From: Mobula hypostoma | Taxonomy: Eukaryota | DNA: 64,000 nt | Direction: 5' to 3' | Assembly: GCF_963921235.1 (NCBI RefSeq) | Contig: NC_086098.1 | Span: forward strand, 2,418,001-2,482,000 | Part shown: positions 12,571 to 25,845 of the stretch, piece by piece | How positions within the stretch are numbered: position 1 is the first letter of the stretch | How the letters are laid out: each line of letters opens with the position of its first letter | Made by a program: the position numbers and the translations under genes | Notes under the pieces: model-generated | What the model was told of the DNA's origin: nothing | The model's input: only the letters and a program-made list of their open reading frames with translations | The model's database searches: none

Positions 12571-13485
12571 CCTTCAAAAAACATTATTTCCTGCTTTTAT
12601 AGCTTGAAGAAGTTACATGAGGAGTTAGTGGAAATAAAAGTTTTTCACTTGTCACTTTGCCCACCAACAGCACTGTTTCAGACAACAGGGAAGGCTTCCA
12701 TGGAATGAGCGAATGTTAGCCCAAGGGCAAACAATACCAGACTTTCATGACATACACCTCTGTGCACAGAGCTCTCAGAATAAAAATATGTCTCTGAAAT
12801 AACTTACACATAAATGTCTATTGCATCCAATAATTCATTGGAGATGGGAATAAAAGTAGAAGAGAAGAGGGTGAAATGCGTTGAAGGACTGTTCTGATCT
12901 GCAAATGAAGATGATTTTCCAAGGGAAGTTATTTAATATAGTAAGTGCAAAGAGCATTTGCTATGGTAAATATTTAACTGCTGTTGGAATACAGATTGAT
13001 GTTAATATCAAGGATTTTAGGTTTCCTTGGGAATGTCTCCATGCATGCCTAGTTCTCTGTTTTAAACGGGGTAAGAAAAGAAGCTGGTGAGATGTTTAGT
13101 AACATCGGCCATTGCTTTCACAAGCATAGAAATTCAACTGCTTGATTGCTTTTTACAGGACCTTGTAACTGGTTCCAATTGGCTACTTCATCCTGAAAGT
13201 AAATATGGACGTATCGGATTTGCAGAAAGGACAAAACATGAAAATGAGTTTGATTTGGGGATTCTTTGCCCATCTCCCGGCTCATGTGTATCTTGATGCT
13301 GGTTCTTCAATTAAAGTATTTGACATCCTCATGCATTCCAAGTCTATAATACATTATTTGTTGATGAAAATAACTTTAGAAACTAGAAGCCAGTTTTATT
13401 CCACATTTCTGTCGGCATCAACAGGGCTGAGGCTGAGAGGGTTCAGAGCTTTAGGTTCCTAAGAGTGAACTTCACCAATGATCAT

Positions 13486-13630
13486 CAACACGAGTAAGTC
13501 TGCAGATGCTGGAAATCCAGAGCAACACACATAGAATGCTAGAGGAACGGAGCAATGCAGACAGCAGCTACGGAGAGGAATAAACAGTTGACATTTTGGG
13601 ACAAGATCCTTCTTCAGGACTGGAGAAAAA
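13486..13630. mobile_element. Fold-back (Penelope-like) short element, single arm, degenerate hammerhead
   Basis: ctgcagatgctggaaatcc...acacaca..aatgct arm shared with 50935-51149; minus strand cagtc-CTGAAGA-...-aaaatgtc. Confidence 0.65.
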
Positions 13631-14019
13631 AGACGTTACCAGGATTGGAACACCTTCACATGGATGTCAACCACATAGATGCCACAGCCAAGAAAACTCA
13701 CCAATTCACATACTCCTCCTGAAGCCTGAAGAAATTTGGCATATCCTCTTTCCTGGATTCATCCCAGCTTGGTTTGTCAACTGCTTTGCCCATGATTTCA
13801 AAAATTTCAGAGTTCTCACACAGCTCAGCACATCACAGAAACCAGGCTCACCACAATTTCTGCCTGATGTCACTATTAACATGATCAGTCATGCCGGTTG
13901 TACCCAACGGCTTTGCTGTTTACACCATGTTAGACAGACAAAGTAAAGTGAGGCTCCACTCTAAGTGTTACATTATGTTTCACCCCATCAGAAATATTCT
14001 CTTTGTTCTATTCAATGCC

Positions 14020-14390
14020 ATGTGCATTGACTGCCATGTACAGTGTGACCTGGGATAGAAACACCAACATTCAGAGTGGAAAAGCTGACAGAAAGTGGTG
14101 GACACAACCCAGACAACACAGACAAAGCCGTCCACTACTGAACACATCTACATGGAGCACTGCTACAAAAAAACAGCATCCATCAGCAAGGACCCCCACC
14201 ACCCAGCACATGCTCTCTTTTCCCTGCTCAAAGGTCCCACACCACCAGGTTCAGGAACAGTTATTATCCTCAAACCAACAGGATTCTGACAGAATGGATA
14301 ATTTCACTCACTTCAAATGTGAACTGATTGCACGACCAACAGACTCACTTTCAAGGACTCTGTACAAATAACGTTCTCAGTATTAGTTTT
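14020..14390 (+). mobile_element. Degraded Rex1/Babar-like 3' fragment
   Basis: ORF 14095..14289 (EHIYMEHCYKKTASISKDPHHPAHALFSLL) matches the Rex1-type RT C-terminus. Confidence 0.7.
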
Positions 14391-14490
14391 TCACAAACAT
14401 AAACACAAGGATGCTGGAAATCCAGAGTAACACACACAAAATGCTCAAGTAACTCAGCAGGTCAGGCTGTGACTATGGAGAGGAATAAAG

Positions 14491-14527
14491 AGTCGATGTT
14501 TCGGGCTGAGACCCTTCATCAGGACTG
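14491..14527 (-). ncRNA. Putative minimal type-I hammerhead ribozyme motif inside a fold-back element (~14395-14590)
   Basis: Minus strand: AGTC-CTGATGA-A-GGGT CTCA GCCC-GAAA-C-ATC-GACT. 4-bp stem I, 4-bp stem II, intact core boxes, vestigial stem III with a C-A mismatch. Confidence 0.6.
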
Positions 14528-14589
14528 GAAATGAAAGGGCAAAGAAGCCAGAATAATAAGCTGGAGATAGGGGAAAGGGGAAGATAGGT

Positions 14590-15910
14590 CTTCTTTTGCA
14601 CATCAAATAATCTGTGCTAAAAGAGAGGAAAAAATTAGTGAGTAAGCGTTCATGGGTTCACTGTCCATTCAGAAATCTAATGTCAGAGAGAAAAGCTGTT
14701 ACTGAATTGTTGAGTGTGTGCACCTCCTCCTTGATGGCTACAATGAGAAGAGGGTGAGCCTTTGGTGAGGAAGGCAAATGTAATGTCAGCACTCATTTCA
14801 AGAGGGCTAGAATATAAAAGCAAGGATGTAATGTTCAGAGACTTTATAAAACACTCAGAATAACGTGTGCAGTTTTGGGCCCGTTATCTTAGAAAGGACG
14901 TGCTGAAACTGGAGAGAGTTCAAAGGAGGATCACGAAAATGATTCCAGGACTGAATGGCTTGTCACATGAAGAGCGTTTGATGGCTCTCGGCCTGTATTC
15001 ACTAGAATTTAGAAGAATGAGGGATGACCTCATTGAAACCTATCAAATGGTGAAAGGACGACAGAGTGGATGTGGAAAGGATGTTTCCTATGGTGGGAGT
15101 GTCTAAGATGAGAGGATACTACCTCAAAATAGAGGGGCATCCTTTTAGAATGGAAATGAGAGGAAATTTCTTAGCCAGAGTGTGGTGATTCTGAGGAATT
15201 TCTTGTCACAGGCAGCTGTGGAGGTCAAGTCTTTATGTATATTTAAGGCAGAGTTTGATAGATTCTTGATTAGTCAGGGCATGAAGGGATCAGGGAGAAG
15301 GCAGGAGATTGAGGCTGGGAGGAAAAATGGATCATTCCAAATGAAAAATGATGAAATGGTGGAGTAGATTAGATGGACCAAATGGCCTAGTTCAGCTCCT
15401 GTATGGTCTTATGGTCCTGTGATGGGGGTCCTTAATGATGGACGCTGCCTTTTTGAGGAATCGCCTTTTGGAGGTGTCCTCAATGCTGGCAAGGCTAGTG
15501 CCTGTGATGGAGTTGGCTGAACTTACAACTTTCTGCAACATTTTCTAATCCTGTGCAGTGGTCCCTCCATACCAGATGGTAATGCAACCAGTTAGAATGC
15601 TCTCCACAGTACATCTGCAGAAATTTGAGAGTGTGGGTGACATTCTGAGTCTCTTCAAACACCAAATGAAGTATAACAGCTGTTCTGCTTTCTTTGTAAT
15701 TGCATCATAATGTTGGGACCAAGATAGATCTTCAAACATGTTGATGAACAGTAACTTGAAATTGCTTCCCCTTTCCATTGCTGTCCTTCAATGAGCAGGG
15801 GTGTATGTTCCCTTGAGTTTCCCTTCCTGAGGTCCACAATTAATTCCTTGGTCCTACTGACATTGAGTGCAAGGTTCTTGATGCAACACCACTCGACCAG
15901 CTGATCTATG
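14590..15910 (-). mobile_element. Degraded Rex1/Babar-like LINE split by the CR1 at 14765-15415
   Basis: ORF 15545..15778 (EDLSWSQH..LYFIWCLKRL..TVESILTGCITIWYG). Confidence 0.7.
14765..15415 (+). mobile_element. CR1-type 3' fragment
   Basis: ORF 14867..15106 (QFWARYLRKDVLKLERVQRR..LGLYSLEFRRMR); tail atggtcttatggtc. Confidence 0.85.
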
Positions 15911-17880
15911 TCTTTCCTTTGAACTCTGAATTTTGAATGAACTCTAAACTTATTTACTAATTTTCCTTCTGAAAATTCAAATCCACTGCCCCTACTTGTT
16001 TTTTCCCTGTCTGCTCCCCTATCTACTTCACTAGATGCATCCTCAAAAGATTGTCAATGTACTGATCAAACAAAACTTCACTTTTATAAATCTACGCTGA
16101 CTGTACTCAAAATGTTTTTCTAAATGTTTTCGTTGCGATAAGACGAAGTCTCCTATTGTGAAATAGCATTTTGATCCAGCATCACTACTATGTGTTCATG
16201 TATTAAATTAGATTTAATTTTAATCCACCTGTAAACAAGATATCACTATAATGTAGAGAGAAGCACAGATATAATTTTGAAACAAAATATAATTAGATGT
16301 TTTTTTGAATAGGAAGTTCCTGGACCAATGACCCACTCAGTTGCCCTCTGATCTAATTATGCTTGTGAAAATCAGAGAACAAACATTCATTTGCAGACCT
16401 CTTAAGCCTGATGATGTTGTTAAGATTTATTTAATCTAGTAGGGAGGGAGTCACGTGCTGAATCTCTTATACTCTCACGCAGAGAAACAGCCACAGGGCA
16501 GTGTAATCGAATCTGCACGTTCTTCAATAAGTACATGAAGATTATGGTTGAAGGTTGAGGAACACAGTAGGTAACTGATGCAGGTGCTTCTTTCAGAACT
16601 AAACATACGGCTCAAAGAGTGACAGTCATCAAATGGCGTAAAATCCCAAAATTTTTGGACAGGAATAAACAATCAGGAATATTAGACCAAGATCCTTCAT
16701 CAAGATTGAACATCAACTGTTTATTAATTTCCATTGATGCCACCTGACCTGCTGAGTCACTCCTGCAATTTGTGTGTGTTGTGCAAGATTTCCAGCATCC
16801 GCAGAATCTTTTGTGTTCATCTCAGATTCTTGCTGTTTGATCATGAGTGTAGCTTCAATCTTCATTGCTTCTGTTGGTGGACGAAAAAGAATTCCTGCAT
16901 CTGAAGGGTGAAAATAAAGTGTCTCCAAAGATGGGCCTTTGTTTAGTTTTGAAGGAAGTACGTTGTTAAGAACAATGAGTGTTCTACTTGATAAGTGCAA
17001 TGGAAGGCCAGGTCCCTGCTGGAGCTACCTCTGCAGTCACATGAAGACCTAATTTTCCAGAAGACAGCAATATCTAGTTTCCTTAAGGCAAACTAATCTT
17101 GCAATGATGACCTCAGACAAGTAGTCAGGTTGGATACAGGCAAAGCCTGACTGTAGTGTCGGTTCTAGACGGGCACCCGTATTGCCCTTGGCCTATAGCA
17201 ATAAATCTGACAGCAACTTTAAAGGAATGTTGCACTCATCTATTATTGGGATTGGTTTACCACTGTAATGTGTGCTGGGGTACAAGGAGAAGCTTGCACT
17301 ATTAGAAGAGCAAATGCAAAATGCTGGAGGAAGTCAGCAGGCCAGGTAGCATCTGTGGAGAGGAATGAACGGTTGGTGTTTCAGGCTGAGGCCCTCAATC
17401 AGATCATTACACAATGCATTGAGGTGGAAGAAAGTCACAAGTCGTGTTGGGGAACCTTCATAGCCATGGACCAAAAAAATATACAATGATGATGTTATTG
17501 TTAGCAACTTGTAGCTCTCAGTCAACTCAACCTCAACGCTGTTGATGTCAACTTTCCTTAAGTCAATGATCAGTGGTCATCTGCTTTTGGTAGCATAGAG
17601 CACCTGGGAGACGAGTTGCTGCTAGTCCAGAACCTTCTCTACCCAGCCTTCCAATTATGATAGCAAACCATTCACATCACCATAGTCCTTTCTCATGCTC
17701 ACTTTGAAATTGGCAACTCTAATATATCCAGCTAAAATGCGGATGGAATGGATCTCTGCAACTGAATTCCACACCTTTCTCATTGATGCACTCATTAATA
17801 TTCCCTGCCTCATATTTGCTTGGGAATCAGTATCAAAATCCACATTGATCTCCTCAGATCTCCTGCAAACTGTAAATATA

Positions 17881-18314
17881 CAGTAAACTGCTAAAGTCTA
17901 AGGCACGTATATAGCTGGAGGGTCTAAGACTTTTGCACAGTACTGCAGTAATTTTATGTATTGCACTGTACTGCTACCACAAATTAAATCAAATTTCATG
18001 ACATATGTGAGTGATGATAAACCTGATTCTGATATGGGTCTCTATTGTAGACTGAGAGTGGGAAGGGGGCAGGGAGAGGGGAATCATGGTTGGGAAAGGG
18101 GGAAGGGAGAGGGGAGGGAGTGAGAAGTACCAGACAGACGTTCTGTAATGATCACGCTCTCTCTGCCACCTGACCCACACCCCTTCTGCGGCACTCTACC
18201 CTCGCTATTCCTAATACCTTTTGCTCCTACTAGATTTACAAACTCACTCTCTGCTCCACATTGACAAATATATCCTAGCTATATATATGTGCCCAAGGCT
18301 TTTGCAGAGTACTG
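17881..18314. mobile_element. Tc1/mariner-like MITE containing a LINE-like 3' tail
   Basis: TA|cagtaaactgctaaagtctaaggcac ... gtgcccaaggcttttgcagagtactg|TA (imperfect TIRs); an extra inverted TIR copy near 17925-17946. Confidence 0.6.
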
Positions 18315-18524
18315 TATATTTCAGTCCACACAGTTCACTATTCCAATTTTGGCTTCCTTTTCATTTGTCTTACCAACAGTGTAATCTACAGTGTATTTTG
18401 CCAGTCCAATAGACATTATGAATTACTCTTCTTCTTTAACTTGGTATGAACTCATAAACAGCATCTCCTATATCTTCTCTCTTGTTGTACTACTTATTTA
18501 CAGTACTTACATCAATATATGCCC

Positions 18525-18825
18525 AGGTACACTGGGCAATCATGTGGCAACAACTCAATGCAGAGAAGCATGCAGACATGGTCAAGAGGTTCAGTTGTTG
18601 TTCAGACCAAACATCAGAATGGGGAAGAAATGTGATACAAGTAACTTTGACTGTGGAATGATTGTTGGTGCCAGACAGGGTGGTTTGAGTATCTCAGAAA
18701 CATGCTGATCTCCTGGGACTTTCACACACAATAGTCTCTAGAGGTTACAGAGAATGGTGTGAAAACACACAAAAAAAAAACATCCAGTGAGCACAGTTAA
18801 GTGGTTGAAAATGCTTTATTAATAA
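18525..18825 (+). mobile_element. Tc1-like non-autonomous transposon fragment
   Basis: Encodes MGKKCDTSNFDCGMIVGARQGGLSISET (Tc1 N-terminal HTH); same family as 42615-43157. Confidence 0.8.
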
Positions 18826-19197
18826 GACCACAAGTCTATAAGATACAGGAGCAGAATTAGGCCATTTGGCCCATCAAGTCTGCTCTGCCATTTCATTATG
18901 GCTGATCCAATTTTCCTCTCAGCCCCAATTTCCTGTCTTCTCTCCGCATTCCTTAATGCCCTGACCAATCAAGAATCTATCAACCTCTGCCTTAAATATA
19001 CATAAAGACTTGGCCTCCACAGCTACATGTGGTGAAGAATTCCACAGATTCACCACTCTCTATGAAAAAAAATCCTCCTCACCTCTGTTCTAAAAGGACA
19101 CCCCTTTTGTTCTGCAGTTGCAGTCTTAGACTCTCCCACCAAAGGAAACATCTTCTGTACATCCACTCTATCAAGGCCTTTCACCATTCAATAGGTT
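18826..19197 (-). mobile_element. CR1-type 3' fragment
   Basis: Reverse complement of the CR1 3' end (gaattccacagattcaccactctc; ggagcagaattaggccatttggccc). Confidence 0.8.
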
Positions 19198-20074
19198 AAA
19201 TAATCTCAAATCTTTGAATCCTTGAAGGGTTAACCACTTGATTTATTATGAACTCTAAAGCAAAGAGAAACAGTTTCTCCTTCAGATTTCTCCACAGTCT
19301 GGTGTGGAACATGACCTTGGAAAGCGTACTGTCAAACTTGGGTCCTCACCCAGTCTGAACCCATTAAGGTGATTGAGCTGTGCATTTGTGTCTGCATTTT
19401 TGCATCAGAGCTGACTGCTGCAATGCAGAACCTGGGTGGGAGATACAGTCACCGGCAAGTTTGAGCTGAAGAGAAATTTAGGAAGCACAAATGGTGGGAA
19501 AAGTCAGCAGCATTCCATCAATGGAAACATTTAGGAAAAATATTACTAGATGAGAAAAAATTGTACATGTTTTAAATAATGCCTTGTATGAAAAATTATT
19601 GAAAACATATACTAATTACAAGTAGCCTGTAACTCCAAAACAGCTTTATCTCCTCGAACAGAGAACATTGGAGCACAGTTCAGACCCTTTGGCAGGGAGG
19701 TCTACAAACCCACTACTCTGTATGTAACACACATAAAAGTTGCTGGTGAACGCAGCAGGCCAGGCAGCATCTCTAGGAAGAGGTGCAGTCAACGTTTCAG
19801 GCCGTGTAAACACCCGCCTCTGACATCCCCTGATACATTACTCTGATTACCATAAAATTATGCCCCTTCTGCCCTGGATAAAGTCTCGAGCTGTCCACTC
19901 AATTAATGCCTTGACTCATTTTGTATGCCCCCATCAAGTCACCTCTTATTCTCCTTCACTCATTCATGTGACTATGCGAACATACAAGACCAAACCAACA
20001 AAAAATAAACCAAAATACTATAGAAATCTGATAAGATATTTACTTAAATTTAACATGCTCACTTCATTATAAGA

Positions 20075-20538
20075 AACATGTGGAAGCTTCAGAGAGGGTG
20101 AAGAGGAGATTTACCAGGATGCTGCCTGCATAGGAGAGCATGTCTTATCAGTATGGGTTGAGAGAGTTAGGGCTTTTCTCTTTGGAGTGAAGGAGGATGA
20201 GAGGTGACTTGACAGATGTGTTCAAAATGATAGGAGGCATAGATTGAGTGGTTAGCCAGAGACTTTTTTCCAGGATGGAAATGGCTACTATGAAGGGGTA
20301 TCATTATAAGGTGATGGGGGATGTCTGCGGTAAGCTTTTTACACAGGGAGTGGTGGGTGTGTGGAACACCCTGCCAGAGGTGTTGGTAGATGCAGATACA
20401 TTAGGGACATGTAGATAGGCACATGGAAGAAAGGAAAAGGGAGGGCTATGTGTGAAAGAAGGATTAGATTGATCTTGAAATAGGTTGAAAGGTCTGCAGA
20501 ACATCGTGAAGGGCCTGTACTGTGCTGTACTGTTCTGT
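20075..20538 (+). mobile_element. CR1-type 3' fragment
   Basis: gaggagatttaccaggatgctgcctg ... gggcctgtactgtgctgtactgttct. Confidence 0.8.
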
Positions 20539-23527
20539 GAAAGCTATATTGGTGCCAGAATGTGTGGCAATACTTGTGATCTGACCCCCCACCCCCCATC
20601 ATCACATTCTTAGGTTGTGTTAGTTGTTAGCGCAAACAATCCATTTCACTGTATGATTCAATGTACTGTGCATCAAAATGTACAGTCTTACAAACCTGAA
20701 TCTGAATCTATAAATAGTAATGCACACACACACACACACCACACACACAGCAAAATAAAAGATCCCACCCACTCTGCTCATGGACTGTTTGTCCCAGTCG
20801 CATCTGGGAGGAGGCTGTGTAGCATCTACAACAAGACAACCAGACACAAAAGCGGTTTTCTTCCCCAAACAGTAAGGCTGGTCAACGCCTCCACCCACTA
20901 ACCCACCCCTCCACACCTCAATCACTACTGTCATTTCCTGTCAGAGGCACCTTATGTACATAGACACTCCAATGCCTAGTGTCATTTCATGGACACACAA
21001 TCAATCTATGTATACAAGCTATCACAATTGAAGTAACAAATATTTTATTATCCTTTTCACTTGTGTACTGGAAATAACATTAAGCTATCTCGAAAGGCTT
21101 GAAACTGTTTGAAAGCCCAGCATAAGTCAGCTTGATCAAAATGGCCTAGAGCCCAACTCCAGAGTAAAATAGTTTTGCTGGTAGTAGCGGAACATACAAG
21201 GAAGAGTCACTTTATGCATGACTGTTGGCTGGAACTGCATCCATTCATCATTTAAAAGCACACCAACAACTTCTCTAGTGTACAGTTCCTCAAACTCCTC
21301 GAGCATAACATGACCACTCGCACTTCACTCCATCAGAGACACAAGAGATTCTGCAGATGCTGGAAATTCAGAAAAACACACACAAAATGTTGGAAGGACT
21401 CAGAACCTGATGAAGATCTTGGCCCAAAACACCATATGTTTACATCTCTCCATCGATGCTGCCTGAGCTGCTGAGTTCCTCAGCATCTTCTCCTTTCGTG
21501 ATACTGTTTATCACAATACCTGTGATCACTTGTCTTTATTAAACCATGGACTCCATGGTAAATCCCACTGAACAGGTGTGAGCAAGAGGAGGTTTCAGAC
21601 AGATTACATGCTTGTAAACTGAGCATTTTGAATTAGTGATTAAAATCTGAAAAAAAGAAACCTGAGGTATCTGAATTTTAACCATAGTTAGAGAGATTTT
21701 TCAAACGTTCCTCCAGGTGCTCCAGTTTCCTCCCACGGACCAATGACGTACCCGTTGATAGGTTAATTGTTCATGGAAATCGTCCTGTGATTCGGCTAGG
21801 GGTTAAATTGGTTGGTTGCTGGGTGGTGCAGCTAGTTTGGCTGGAAGTTCCTGTTCTAAATAAATAAATAAATGGTCTGAGAGGAAAATTGAAACTGTCC
21901 AATAACCCCCATAATCACCAACTTCAGTTTAGATGTTAAACACATTGTAATTTTTGACCTGATGTCTGTACAGCAATTTTAGAGATTGTTAATAAAAGAA
22001 AAATAGAAAACACACTCACATGGTTGAAACATGATTCAGCCAAAAGGAACCAATGTAACTTTAAACACTGGATATGGCCAACAAGTAAGGCCAGCAACTT
22101 TGATGTGTGTTGCTTGAATTTCCAGCATCTGCAGAATTCTTCTTGTTTAAGGAAGCTAATAATCACTTTATACCAACTTCTAATGCTGCAAGTTGGTTCA
22201 ATGTTTTTCTTTCAGCTGAACAGAAGTGTCAGGGATAACAAGCAAGTAATTAACTTGGAGACACCAGCCTTGCATTTACAATTTCCATCCGACTCATCCA
22301 GACAGCCACACAACTGGTCCCCAGAGGACCAGAGCAGATATGTATTAAGGTCATGGCATCGAGTAGGGCCAAGACAACATCCCATGCACCGCCATTCTAC
22401 TGGTCACGCCATTCAGGGACTTGGGTAAATTATTTTTTAATGACTGTATGTCTCATGCTATCATAACTAAACGTGCCGTTTGGCTGTATTCATGTTCGGT
22501 TGAATGATAATTAAACTTGAATTTGAACTTGAACTTGAAACATTGCTTCAAGCACTTAAAAGAGAAACCAACCGTACATAGAACAGAGTTCTTGGTTGAT
22601 TTTTATGTGAAATTAAATTAAGATTTCTTTTCTGTTTGGCTGCTTATAAGCTTCTGGCATTTATAATTTAAAAATCTGTCCTGAGGATATTCCAAACGGA
22701 ATCCTCTGGTCTCTGCTTCAAGATAAAAATTAACACTCTGCAAGTGGTGGAAATATGAAGAGTAAAACATTGGAAATGCTGAACAGGTCTGTCATCAAAG
22801 CTGAGGAAATACCTACAGGCGTACTGTGCAGAGCACTCTGACTAGTTGCATCACCGACTAGTATGAAGGAGCGGAACAAGCTGCAGAGATTGTAGACTCA
22901 GCCAGCTGCATCAGGCAACTACCTGTTTGACCAGAGACATTTCACTGTATGACTCTGCAACACAAGCATTCACTCTTATTCTTCATTTTATTTAGAAATA
23001 CAGTGTGGAATGGGCCCTTGCAGTGTGCTTAGCCCCTGCTCTACTCACAATAATCTTCAGACAAAAAGATAGGGGAGCCACTCTTGGGGCATTCAGAGTT
23101 TGGATTTTAATTCCAGTGCCCTCTGTAAGGTGGTTGTAAATTCATCCCACGAACCATGTGGGTCTCCTGTTGGTGCTTCAGTGTCCTCTCACAGTCCATA
23201 GCTGTATCAGTTAGTAGGTCAATTGGTTCCCTGTAAATGGTCTGAACTTGGCTAGGGTCGTTCTGCATTGTATCCCCAGATAATAATAACAATAAAAATA
23301 GAATAAGAATAACAACCCAAGCAGGCCATAGCCTGACAGAGCAACACATGCTGGAGGAACTCAGCAGACCAGAGAGCATCTATGGAAAAGAGTAAACAGT
23401 TACTGTTTCGAGCCAAGTCCCTTCATACCATTTAGTAAGGCATTTGACAAAGTCTCTCATGGGAGGCTAATCCAGAAGATTAAGATGCAGGGGGTCTGCA
23501 ACAAATTGGGTGCCCGGATTCAGAACT

Positions 23528-24160
23528 CCTGCCTCCCATATAAGCCCCCACCTTAAATTCCTCCATATACTTGTCCAGTAGTCTCTTAAACTTCACTAGT
23601 GTATCTGCCTCCACCACTGACTCAGGCAGTGCATTCCACGCACCAACCACTCTCTGAGTAAAAAACCTTCCTCTAATATCCCCCTTGAACTTCCCGCCCT
23701 TACCTTAAAGCCATGTCCTCGTGGTGCCCTGGAGAAGAGGCGCTGGCTGTCCACTCTATCTATTCCTCTTAATATCTTGTATACCTCTATCAGGTCTCCT
23801 CTCATCCTCCTTCTCTCCAAAGAGTAAATCCCTAGCTCCCTTAATCTCTGATCATAATGCATACTCTCTAAACCAGGCAGCATCCTGGTAAATCTCCTCT
23901 ATACCCTTTCCAATGCTTCCACATCCTTCCTATAGTGAGGTGATCAGAACTGGACACAGTACTCCAAGTGTGGCCTAACCAGAGTTTTATAGAGCTGCAT
24001 CATTACCTCGCAACTCTTAAACTCTATCCCTTGATTTATGAAAGCTAACACCCCATAAGCTTTCTTAACTACCCTATCAACCTGTGAGGCAACTTTCAGG
24101 GATCTGTGGACATGTACCGCCAGATCCCTCTGCCCCTCCACACTTCCAAGTATCCTGACA
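23528..24160 (-). mobile_element. CR1-type fragment, same subfamily as 1089-4201 and 29293-33140
   Basis: ORFs 23596..23883 and 23944..24141 are nearly identical to 32357..32992. Confidence 0.9.
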
Positions 24161-24519
24161 TTGTCTTGTATTTTATGTATTGCACTGTACTGCTGCTACA
24201 AAGCATCAACTTTCACAACATATGCCAGTGATATTAAACCTGATTTAAATTCTGAAATTATATCAGTAAAGGGGAAACTTTTGAAGTCACACTTGAATCA
24301 TGAATAGGTTCCAGGATATGGTCACACTGAATTGGAAATCACAGACAACTGCAGTGGTGAGGTTGAAAGGATCATTTTCTTCCAATAAAAATAAATGTTG
24401 TCATCCTAAAATGAAGAGAACTCTCCACAAAATAATCAGACTGCTGTGGTAAAGAAATCTCTCCTTTATATAAAACTTTGCATAAGTTTTGATAGCAATC
24501 ATCCAAATGAGGAGCTGCA

Positions 24520-24730
24520 TGGTCCCATAGCAGTTAACATAACACTATTACATCATCTGCTGTAAGATCTGGGTTCAATTCTTGCTGCTGCTTGTAGGTT
24601 CTCCACTTAACCCAGTGGATTTCCTCTGGGAGCTCCAGTTTCCTTCCACATTCTGAAGACATACATATTATTAAGAGTTGGTAAGTTGTGGGCATGTGGA
24701 ACGGGCTGCCAGCACAAGTGGTGCATGTGA
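24520..24730 (+). mobile_element. Degraded tRNA-derived V-SINE (HE1-like)
   Basis: B-box-like gggttcaattc; V-domain-like ggatttcctctgggagctccagtttccttccacattc. Confidence 0.6.
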
Positions 24731-24734
24731 GCTT

Positions 24735-25675
24735 GATTTCAAGATGTGTTACTGTTATCAAAGGATGTATAAGTGATACAACCTTGAGATTTGCTTGCTC
24801 ACAGGTAACACAAAGCAGAAACCCGAAATAACCCAATTTAAAGGAATAAAATATCAACAGAAGACCAAAAAGAGAAAGAAAAAAAAAATCCAAGCCAAGC
24901 ATTCCGAACCAAAACCCAGTCCTCAGATCCGAACCCTGGAGCGGTCCGGAGTAGGCCCGAAACTTACTAATCAGCTCATCATATTAGCAGGCACAGAGGA
25001 CAGCAGCCAGGGCAGTCTTCACAGCCTCAGCTCCATGGAGATGACCATCGCAGAGAGCAAATGAAATTGGCTCTCGTCCCGACCAACACCCTGTCTTTTC
25101 GGTCTATCTGGGCCAGTATTTAAATTGACCCAATGTCAGAACAGCAAAAGGCTCCGGTGCCCTGGAGAGAGGAGAAGATCGTGGAGAGCAAGCTAAAGTG
25201 CCTCTCCCCTCTGACCTGTGCCAGCATTTAAATTGTCTAAACAGCGCATTGTACATCACACTAGGACCCAGGCACCATTGTTATGAAAGGTCCTGGGCCA
25301 AGACCATGTTGCCCAGTGACTCGCTCTGGGCCTAGATTTTGTTGCCCAGCCCAAAGCAGTCTCAAGCTCTTCAAATCAGCTCAGCTCCCACAGTGAGATC
25401 CAAGCATCAAAATCAAATCTCCTCTCCCTGGACCCTGACTTCTCCTTACGCCACCCAGAATGATCCTACCTTCCTCCCGGGCCTGCTGTACGGGCATCGG
25501 AACTCCATCTGCATCAATTTATCCCCCAAACTCCCCTCGCCATCACTCGACCCTTCACTGTTTGCATTGATAATTTAACACAATTTACCTCAGAAAAGCT
25601 ATTTCTAGTGATGTTTTCAGTTGGATTACCAGAAAGCTATCTCACACATTCAGTGGCACCATCTTTACTGGAAGC
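24735..25675 (-). mobile_element. Non-autonomous retroelement-like repeat
   Basis: Minus strand begins cttccagtaaagatggtgcc (AAGATGGCG-like start) and ends in a LINE-like tail (aaatctcaaggttgta..tttgataac); no RT ORF. Confidence 0.5.
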
Positions 25676-25845
25676 TTGTTCTCCAAGTTTGAGGGAGTTT
25701 GGATAGGTATGTGGATGGGAGGGGTATGGGAGATTATAGTCCCATTTGCAGGTCAATGGGAGCAGGTTCTGCATGGAGTAGGTGAGCCTAAGGACCCGTT
25801 TCTGTGCTGTACTTTTCTTTGACTCTTTGACTCCATGCTTTGCTG

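Noticed and set aside
13087..13462. Short ORFs or a possible exon after ttttacag
   Set aside because: No recognisable protein and no convincing acceptor-donor pair on either strand.
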